From: Candidatus Uhrbacteria bacterium RIFOXYA2_FULL_40_9
GTDB lineage: Bacteria > Patescibacteriota > Patescibacteriia > UBA9934 > GWF2-40-263
Assembly (NCBI GenBank): GCA_001791615.1
Contig: MGEY01000052.1
Location: 1-24,000 of the forward strand
Length of the DNA stretch: 24,000 nt
Direction: 5' to 3'
A program made the position numbers and the translations under genes. Numbering within the stretch: position 1 is the first letter of the stretch; every line of letters begins with the position of its first letter. Positions 18,601-24,000 of this stretch are shown here, piece by piece. Under the pieces are notes generated by a model. That model made no database searches. It saw nothing but the letters and a program-made list of their open reading frames with translations, and was not told where the DNA came from.

Positions 18601-21600
18601 AGAATACGAAGAGGATTGCAAAACTTGTCCGGAGACTGCGCAATCATCTGGAGCTCCGTAAGGAACAGCTTCATACACTTGTCTTGCTCCGATCCTATCT
18701 AATGTCGCTTGTTCTGGATCAAGTTCAATACGATCAATTCCACAACTAATATCACTATTTTTTGTGGTAAAAATCCAAGAAAAATCAGTTGGATAATAGG
18801 CATTTTCTGAAAAAGGCCCACCATAATTTGATCCTGAATCCGCAAGTGCGACCCCTGAAGTTGAGAGAAGATTTCCAGAAAGCCAGACACGATAATGCGT
18901 ATTTGCTTCAAGAGAAGGACAGGCGCTTGTGCTTATGGTGACTTTCTGTGTTGTGGCCGTTCCCACAGAAGCACACGTTACTTCTGTAAGCTCACCTGGA
19001 GCACAAAGGGCATCTTCACATTGATAAAGCTTAACATTAGATGAGTTGAACAAACTGGTATCCATGAGCGCTTCAAATTCTGCATAAATACCTGCATTTA
19101 CACAGGCAGTTGAACAATTTGGAACATAATCACCCACTTCTGGATCAGAAAAATCAATAATCAGGTCTGCATCCCCCACAGGTTGAGTACTTGCACTCGT
19201 AACCTGAGATTCAATAAGAGCTGGGATACCCGGAGATGTTTCATCCAAAGCAGTTACTATTTTTTGACAAGACCCTGTAACCGCGGAAGGCTCACTCACT
19301 TTTGCAGATGAATCACTTGATGACCAATAAAGTGTTTCTCCTGTGCAAGGACTAAGAACACATTCATCAGCATCAGAAACAAGGGAAGCGAGATACCCGA
19401 CAGATTCATTAAGTGTTCTCGCTGTATAAGGATCAGGGCTTACATACACATCACCAACTTCACAAGAGGCATCTGTTGGAGCTGTGGTAAATGACCAAGT
19501 AAAATCTTCTTCTAAATAGCCCTCACCCGCGGAAGCATCTGCTTGAATACGTCCTGCTTCATCCCCTCCAAGCAACGTTACTTGATAGGTGGTGGATGTT
19601 TCAAAATCTTCTGCATGAGATGCCGTAAAACCTCTTGTTCCTACATTAAAACTCCACACAAACGGTACTTCTTCTAATGTGTCACACACATCTGTACAGG
19701 TAAAAGTTCTTCCACTTGCGGTCACACAGGTTCCTCCGACAATTGCGGAACATTTTTCTAAAACCAGATTTGAACTCGTGAGGCTTGAGCCCTTCATATC
19801 CATATCAAACGTCGCTCCGATATCCGCATTTACGCAAACAGACTCTGCGGGACTCCATCCTTCCCAAGGAGAAGGAGAAGCAATTCCTTCTGTTGAACTA
19901 CAAGCAACTCTCACCCTTGGGGTGTTTGCAATCGTTCTTGTTGTAAATTTATACGCATAATGCGAATCAATCACAGTCTCAGGACATCCTCCGGTTGTAA
20001 AACTCGCACATGTTCCATCAGAACAACACTCTTCTTGAAGTGAACAAATGCTGGAATCTTCCACACAATTACCCACTTGAAAATTCAATGGATTAGATCG
20101 ATATCCTTCAGCTGATGTCACTGTAACAGGACCTGTTTGGGCATTATCTGGAACTTCTGTTTCAAGCACAGATCCATCATCCCAAGAAGTGTAAAGAGAA
20201 GAATCAATAGTTTGATTTAAATAATACGTCACACTTCCATCCGTTGTTTGAAAATTTTCTCCATAAATATCCACCAGGCTTCCCACAGGACCAGAATCTG
20301 GATCAAGTAAACAAATGGATGGACCTGGTTCACCAGCAATCACCTCAAAAGCAACAGATTCAGAAGTTTGTCCATCTGTGCCACGATAAATATGAATAGT
20401 GTGTGAACCTGTTTCAAGAATATCTTCTGTTGCTGTTGAATATTGCTCAGGCACTTTGATCAAAATACTTGTGTCTGTCCAATATTCGCTTCCGCAAGCT
20501 ACTGGAAAAACACTATCTCCAATGGCAGTGACTCCATCAAGGCTACTGCCAGTATTGTTTGTAAAATAGACGAGTCCATCAGCATGTCCAAACTCGGTTC
20601 CATAAATGGTGACATATTGCCCAAGAGGGCCCCAGTTTGGCGCGTCTTCACATGTTCCAGTTCCACAATCTTCATCTTCGGTACAAACCATTCCATCATG
20701 TTCTCCTTCGAAGCACGCTTGCCAACCTGTTTCTACATAGGAAATAACCGGAGGAGCATCACTAGATGTTGTAGAAACAGTAAAATCAATCTCATTTGAT
20801 CCTTGTCGAATAGATTCACATGTTCCTTCACCAGTCCCACAATCTTCATCTTCACTACAAGCTTCTAAAGTTTCACTACACCATGCTGTCACACAAGATT
20901 CACTCAGAGATTCCCCACAATCCACATCCTCTGAACAAACATCTCCTGAAGTTTCACAAAAATAATCTCCGGCAAATACTTGAACATCATAAGCTCCATC
21001 ATCAAGCAATGGAGTCACAGCAGAAATTTCTGAAGTCTCCCAATGTAAATAGGAAGTGGGTTCATAATAATCAAAATAAAGGGCTGAACTTCCTTGAAGT
21101 GCGCCAAGATTATCTCCTAAAATTGTCACATCATCATTTCCTTCCCCTGTAGAAGGGGTGATGGAACAAAGTCCTGGCCGTTCAATCGCATTGACATCAA
21201 AATCTGTAATATATGGACCATAATCATCATCCGTACGGTCGTAATCTCCTTCTGATTCATCACTGCTCACAACTGTCACTTGGATTGGTCCGTCGATTGC
21301 TCCTTCTGGAACTTGCACAATGATCTGATCTGCTTGCCAAGCAAGAGTTCCTCCACAGCTATAAGCACTTACTTCAACTTCATCTCCGCTTTCTGTTCCA
21401 AGAAAGGTAATACTTCCAGGATCTGTGCCAAACCCTTCTCCAGAAATGGTAATTAAATTACCAGGAGCTCCATTTCCTGCACGCACACGAGAAATTTTTG
21501 GAACAGTGACGCAAATCCCCTCTTCACAAGTTCCACTAGCACATTGAGAATCTTCAGTGCATGCATCCCCGCCACATGCTCCACAATAATATTCACTACT

Positions 21601-22812
21601 TATATCTCCTCCACAGTTCAGACCGGTTTCTCCCAAATCAGTATCAATTACATCATTGGCACAATTTGCTGCTCGAAGAGTAATAGTGATGCGATCAGAA
21701 GTATCACTGTTCCCTGCACAATCTGATCCAACTGCATAAATCGCATAGGTTTCATTTGTGAGATATCCTTCTGTATTCCACTCTCTTGAAGTATCTGAAT
21801 TGAAATAGTTTAACGCAGAAAGAACCCCATACACACTCAGATCTAATCCTGCGGTTTCTACTTCCTCAGAATCAACATAAAAATTAACAGAAGAAACACC
21901 CACATCGTCAACGGCTTCTGTTTGTAAAAGTTCATTCTCTCCTGTGGCATACACATTTCCTTCATCTTCTGGAGCTTCCATGGTCATGGTCGGCCCGCTG
22001 ACATCAATCGCGGCATCTGCTCCAATCGTAAAAGAATAAGAACAAGGATAGGAAGAACTACAAGAGAGACTTCTTCCACTGGTACTGCGCAAAATAGTCG
22101 GACTTACCGTAGCAATATAAGAAGTACTGGAAGAAAAACAATGTTCTGTTTCAAAACCTGTTTCTGAACAAAATGCATCTGGCGTAAATGTTACGGTATA
22201 ACCTGAGGTCGTAAATGTTCCTTCAACCTCTTCTCCTCCATCCACTTCAATGCTGATCGCGCTTTCCACGGTTGAGGAAGACACTCTTTGAGAAAAAACA
22301 AATTGTAATTGCAAATTCTTCACTGACTCTGCGCAATCTGTATTCAAAGACGCAAGATAAAAGGTTGAAGAAGTACTTGGATTTGGATCTTCTGAATAAT
22401 CCGTTGGATCTTCTGTGATAATTCTTCCTGTTGCTTCTTCAAGGGAACGAAGAACAAATTGGGTGATGGTGAACGCAGAAAGAACAATAACCAAACCGAT
22501 CAAGGCATTGATGATCATTCCTCTTGCTTTGGTCACACGTTCTTTGTCTCCTCCTGCTGTCATCCAAAGAAATCCGGCATACACCACAAACACCACAGCA
22601 ACTATTCCAAGCAAAGAAATAGCAGTTCTAATGAGACGGGCAATAATGACCGTAATATCCACACTTGTGGTAAATCCGGCAATTTCTCCAAAGGTCTCCA
22701 TTTGTGATTGCATTTCTGTTTGCGCGAATGTTGGCAAAGCAACACAGAAGCCTGTGATCAAAAGCATGCCAAAAAGGATGCTTGCTAATTTTTTAGATCG
22801 TAAACGGCACAT
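12610..22812 (-). CDS. Giant (3400 aa) multidomain surface protein: signal peptide, TrbC/VirB2-like TM module, Ig-like and IPT/TIG segments, Cys-rich CGDG repeats, VWA domain
   Basis: Single uninterrupted ORF of 10.2 kb. N-terminus KLASILFGMLLITGFCVALPTFAQ, then ITVIIARLIRTAISLLGIVAVVFVVYAGFLWMTAGGDKERVTKARGMIINALIGLVIVLSAFTITQFVLR. TIG-like: APGNLITISGEGFG, PVGSLVDIYGENF. Repeats CGDG..ECDDGNTSSGDGCSSRC. VWA: VFVTDLSDSM..LLSDGAPT. Confidence 0.92.
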   Translation of the reverse strand: MCRLRSKKLASILFGMLLITGFCVALPTFAQTEMQSQMETFGEIAGFTTSVDITVIIARLIRTAISLLGIVAVVFVVYAGFLWMTAGGDKERVTKARGMIINALIGLVIVLSAFTITQFVLRSLEEATGRIITEDPTDYSEDPNPSTSSTFYLASLNTDCAESVKNLQLQFVFSQRVSSSTVESAISIEVDGGEEVEGTFTTSGYTVTFTPDAFCSETGFETEHCFSSSTSYIATVSPTILRSTSGRSLSCSSSYPCSYSFTIGADAAIDVSGPTMTMEAPEDEGNVYATGENELLQTEAVDDVGVSSVNFYVDSEEVETAGLDLSVYGVLSALNYFNSDTSREWNTEGYLTNETYAIYAVGSDCAGNSDTSDRITITLRAANCANDVIDTDLGETGLNCGGDISSEYYCGACGGDACTEDSQCASGTCEEGICVTVPKISRVRAGNGAPGNLITISGEGFGTDPGSITFLGTESGDEVEVSAYSCGGTLAWQADQIIVQVPEGAIDGPIQVTVVSSDESEGDYDRTDDDYGPYITDFDVNAIERPGLCSITPSTGEGNDDVTILGDNLGALQGSSALYFDYYEPTSYLHWETSEISAVTPLLDDGAYDVQVFAGDYFCETSGDVCSEDVDCGESLSESCVTAWCSETLEACSEDEDCGTGEGTCESIRQGSNEIDFTVSTTSSDAPPVISYVETGWQACFEGEHDGMVCTEDEDCGTGTCEDAPNWGPLGQYVTIYGTEFGHADGLVYFTNNTGSSLDGVTAIGDSVFPVACGSEYWTDTSILIKVPEQYSTATEDILETGSHTIHIYRGTDGQTSESVAFEVIAGEPGPSICLLDPDSGPVGSLVDIYGENFQTTDGSVTYYLNQTIDSSLYTSWDDGSVLETEVPDNAQTGPVTVTSAEGYRSNPLNFQVGNCVEDSSICSLQEECCSDGTCASFTTGGCPETVIDSHYAYKFTTRTIANTPRVRVACSSTEGIASPSPWEGWSPAESVCVNADIGATFDMDMKGSSLTSSNLVLEKCSAIVGGTCVTASGRTFTCTDVCDTLEEVPFVWSFNVGTRGFTASHAEDFETSTTYQVTLLGGDEAGRIQADASAGEGYLEEDFTWSFTTAPTDASCEVGDVYVSPDPYTARTLNESVGYLASLVSDADECVLSPCTGETLYWSSSDSSAKVSEPSAVTGSCQKIVTALDETSPGIPALIESQVTSASTQPVGDADLIIDFSDPEVGDYVPNCSTACVNAGIYAEFEALMDTSLFNSSNVKLYQCEDALCAPGELTEVTCASVGTATTQKVTISTSACPSLEANTHYRVWLSGNLLSTSGVALADSGSNYGGPFSENAYYPTDFSWIFTTKNSDISCGIDRIELDPEQATLDRIGARQVYEAVPYGAPDDCAVSGQVLQSSSYSWEPWLSTQPTVAEMLESGAISLSTDLPAWCSASCLNTGATVSLLDPVCGDGITDYNGDGYHEAEDCDGEGGCSDACFWEGTSACPFACEDSGATCTTDASCSTFFCQIGGAVCTTDASCTTYACETSGLSCLTDADCDTETEEVCAEVTDVCVEQTDICSLVPGGCCGDGFVSVGEECDDSNSVSGDGCSLACQNEGSTTTCGDGRVDYYRGTGGEDCDDGNTSSGDGCSSRCLFEGAVAITDIEATCGDGDIGNGEDCDDGNTSSGDGCSSRCLFEGASACVFACFDGTSYGVNCISDGDCESTDTCQAISTPCCGDGITDYNGDDLNDAEDCDLFDVEAGDGCSAICLNEGASVDGLIPSYCGDGLQSTYEECETTSSISSGAFAVAQVSETVAEEVDPITHYAVTTIQTEAERVTAEGLLSVECSCQTDADCGSPEESYGCGTGGCCYLRPETGSVYPESGATNVCQNTALWVEFSQDVDLDSLDPSGNGTDPQIYLEYTGTVCPTGWETTVYVQPPEGVFARAWHWIREQVLSFFGREVSAETTVCAVPVTYQKSDVSDGGVRVSVRYSGILEEGATYRLVVLGDSDLTDAIDEGVLNTFGVGLVNPSEIMTSFTVGNEICSLDQVVVVDFGRTDYAEYESASEEFFTEIGEVHYFMATAYHLDGAVQEEITSSEDYAWEWTWGSTEETVVTTTTASESGSDELALDDHDAFVTAEGEDGGATVFAQATVTIDTYEFSTEHLCETSGISCETSDDCDTGAGEACTVQRETVQGELPIWAMLCENPWISGNNYHYLDSSTNFSFSYCRDEGDEGTDDDLPALGNSTGMPIEVHSISSSIYQELLFQVQGTSDALGVRVVTNDDYTSPLQWYEDQGFSGSPSQTTLDGYQAVEEGTTQYVLATNQSGNSIYPNMYVISYNEDAGEESLEIFDRILRNWQFNANTDVISDVNLCANTNGYIHNASGDFIACEWDGDCGGTEICEAQANETYACSITGESCTGVTDNSCPLGTARTSYCDAEKAKLQRDTKRLSDAVDILDIINTHGETYAHCSVTTDTSCTQDDDCLGTETCVPDVPLISAGSYIPSMTISNWPSWNAVLSNELQETLPVDPLNAFYQCTDDGYDSDSCWNGTQGLFKCPSGSHVYGYRGIGGEEFILSLELEYNGGAWAYPIDTDSTDSATLSVEYSGGYTTIPLQIGFISTEMYCSGTTVGNTGLCGDGILNPSIETCELGDTDTASCTTLADDGVTVVSGLITIRCDDDCLGYQTALEAETAGTECIAYSCGNGTVEGTEICDDGVLNGTYGYCDDNCTYTTSFYCGDGYLAGGEQCDCGTTANWSTVKADTSSWAYTHCDITSTRGSNGQYVSTYAQSCAFDCSTPGPTCGDQILNGTEVCDGEYEEWEGALCADGNTCTTSADCEDGSTCGGTYVACGTIDGYQAYRYRTCSSGCVWNTWSACVIGDQQCGNGVLEGDEICDDGNTSNNDACLNTCEWNVCGDDYVYTGVESCDQGSENGDLCTASYGGMCQYCTVTCEYKTSSGAYCGDGTINGGEYCDGTVLPYRYFDADTRAVSNTCASSAVGTTSGIYTCLNVGVCNGGEDNGDYCTIGATGADAQSCATGGTCVQPVCASDCASSCPFSYETVSLQVQSELSGASKQQYIDLYRYLSGESPDNGVIYLPACSVGVSLTADIEADDVVPNDIDIVFVTDLSDSMYVNPEGTRIPFGADGFIEIESTRIYPVVEATSASIAELFDAASALGVTLHIGLVSFNGTAVTIDQTFSTSESSLVSTIEGYLTRLDTGTPTASGLQEAIDLFVSSSTAPTKIIVLLSDGAPTVYLDGLPCGTDKSGCIQEIREELIGANPSIQFYSAVIATSSSVEGYMAHCSSEECGTDWSDASDCHATQYAYQASDAEGITTMYEAIADAIVGATMTLTTESGSTTITTTGVISEGNDRSLPFPEAFICESSEFTIPLRVEFNGEGTMRFEDFQFEYCPL
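12810..13509 (-). other. VWA domain with MIDAS motif within the giant protein
   Basis: DIDIVFVTDLSDSM (DxSxS), TGTPTASGL (T), IIVLLSDGAPTVYL (D), fold-consistent spacing; followed by a short C-terminal segment. Confidence 0.85.
17764..17835 (-). repeat. 72-bp direct repeat, copy 1
   Basis: 71/72 identical to 17887-17958; encodes part of DCDDGNTSSGDGCSSRCLFEGA. Confidence 0.9.
17887..17958 (-). repeat. 72-bp direct repeat, copy 2
   Basis: 71/72 identical to 17764-17835 (single mismatch aacgag/agcgag); offset 123 bp = 41 codons, in frame. Confidence 0.9.
20068..21510 (-). other. About four IPT/TIG-like segments in the giant protein
   Basis: PKISRVRAGNGAPGNLITISGEGFGTDPGSITFLG; CSITPSTGEGNDDVTILGDNLGALQGSSALYF; APNWGPLGQYVTIYGTEFGHADGLVYFTN; CLLDPDSGPVGSLVDIYGENFQTTDGSVTYY. 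Confidence 0.75.
22407..22812 (-). other. N-terminal signal peptide plus TrbC/VirB2-like two-helix module of the giant protein
   Basis: Signal peptide-like stretch ending ALPTFAQ, then two hydrophobic helices separated by the basic loop GGDKERVTKARG, the arrangement seen in VirB2/TrbC-type pilin-like proteins. Confidence 0.7.
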
Positions 22813-22843
22813 GCATTTAGTCTTAAAATTTCAAAAGAAAAAT

Positions 22844-24000
22844 TTATGGAACAGGTAAAACAAACCCAGAAGTAGACGTTTCTGTTTCTCCATCAGTCAC
22901 ACAAGGGGTTGACTGACGTTCTCCATCACAACAATACACTTCTCCAGATGCAATTCGACCATCATCTTCTAAAGAAGTACATCCAATGATAGTGCTAGAT
23001 GAAGCAGAAGGCCCATAAGCAGGATACATACAAATCTGCCAGCTACTTTTCACTCCATTTTCAATAACAGGATAGTAATCCCACCCTCCATCTGTTTGAC
23101 TCACAAAAGTTGGGTGATTCATCGTGATAAGAGAATAAGTTTTATCTGTACTTACTTCATTTCGAAGAGAAAACCACATTTCATACAATGGATCAGGCCA
23201 CAGAGAAAGAGCTTCGCTATTTAAGGTGGAAGATTTCATGGTGGTATTAAAAGAAATCGTCACAGGTTGTTGCTGAATGACATCCCCTTCACTAATTCCT
23301 GGATCTATTAAGGTGATTTCTGGAACCGTATCGTTCACATTGTCTGTAGTATCAAATTCCCAAGAATAATCATCATTCGTTATTGTGGTTATTTCACCTA
23401 CTAGAGAAACTCCATCTGTATCTGATCCTGCGGCTTGTCCATCTCCATCTCCATCTAAAGAATTTCCACATACATCTATAAGTCCGTCATACTCTGTTCC
23501 TCGAGGAACTGCTTGTGGTGCATCATCCCCCACAGAAGCGGCATGAGCTTCTACCACAATGGTTTCAAGAGGTGGAAGACAATAAATGGTGTCACCACAA
23601 GGATCTTCCCCACAAGCATCAAAGGTGGTGAAGCCAACAGTTCGATACCCATTACTAATTTCATAGGTCCCTTCAACCAGAGAAGGAACGGAATCAGAAA
23701 TTTCAATATTGGAAAAATAATCCCCTAGCTCTATAGAATAAACACCAGTTGCGGCAACAGGATCCATGGCTTCATTAAAAGTCATTTCAATGGTGATGTT
23801 GCGATCGTATGGAGTGGTTGATTCAACCGGAATCACAGAAACGACTTGTGGAGGTGTGAGATCAACTTCTGTTGAAACTTCAAACGTCCATTCGTAGCCA
23901 TCAGAATAGCGTCCGGAAAAAGCAAGCGTTCCATCTGCCTTTTCAATGGTTGTTTTAAGAACAATGGTATAGTTTGTATCTTCAAGGGGACTTCCTAACA
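22844..24000 (-). CDS. C-terminal part of a large secreted protein with SbsA/Ig-like domains (5' end beyond the right edge)
   Basis: The frame is open to 24000; manual translation upstream of the track's GTG start gives LGSPLEDTNYTIVLKTTIEKADGTLAFSGRYSDGYEWTFEVSTEVDLTPPQVVS|VIPVESTTPYDRNITIEMTFNEAMDPV... Ig-like 'IxIxFNExMDP' and a second 'VTISFNTTMKSSTL' segment. Confidence 0.8.
   Translation of the reverse strand, partial: LGSPLEDTNYTIVLKTTIEKADGTLAFSGRYSDGYEWTFEVSTEVDLTPPQVVSVIPVESTTPYDRNITIEMTFNEAMDPVAATGVYSIELGDYFSNIEISDSVPSLVEGTYEISNGYRTVGFTTFDACGEDPCGDTIYCLPPLETIVVEAHAASVGDDAPQAVPRGTEYDGLIDVCGNSLDGDGDGQAAGSDTDGVSLVGEITTITNDDYSWEFDTTDNVNDTVPEITLIDPGISEGDVIQQQPVTISFNTTMKSSTLNSEALSLWPDPLYEMWFSLRNEVSTDKTYSLITMNHPTFVSQTDGGWDYYPVIENGVKSSWQICMYPAYGPSASSSTIIGCTSLEDDGRIASGEVYCCDGERQSTPCVTDGETETSTSGFVLPVP

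Overview
All credible genes in this 24 kb window lie on the minus strand. The gene content looks bacterial, probably Patescibacteria/CPR-like (inference). From right to left it contains: (i) the 3' part of a large secreted Ig-like protein running off the right edge; (ii) a 3400-aa giant surface protein with an N-terminal signal peptide and TrbC/VirB2-like two-helix module, several IPT/TIG-like segments, about 13 Cys-rich CGDG repeats and a C-terminal VWA domain with a complete MIDAS; (iii) three consecutive single-pass membrane proteins carrying thrombospondin-type-3-like DxDxDG repeats, the first in ATGA overlap with the giant gene; (iv) ybeY, a dgkA-like kinase, ftsA and ftsZ, with a strong terminator and a good promoter between ftsA and ftsZ; (v) nrdR, htrA-like and pyk; (vi) an NrtR-like Nudix-WHTH regulator with a degenerate Nudix box, a perfect palindrome over a candidate promoter, a truncated PP2C-like remnant, a divergent nicotinamidase, and a partial radical SAM protein running off the left edge. 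The most interesting candidates are the giant pilin-like/VWA/Cys-rich protein with its TSP3 partners, and the NrtR-like regulator with its putative operator. No CRISPR array, tRNA, rRNA or transposase was recognised.
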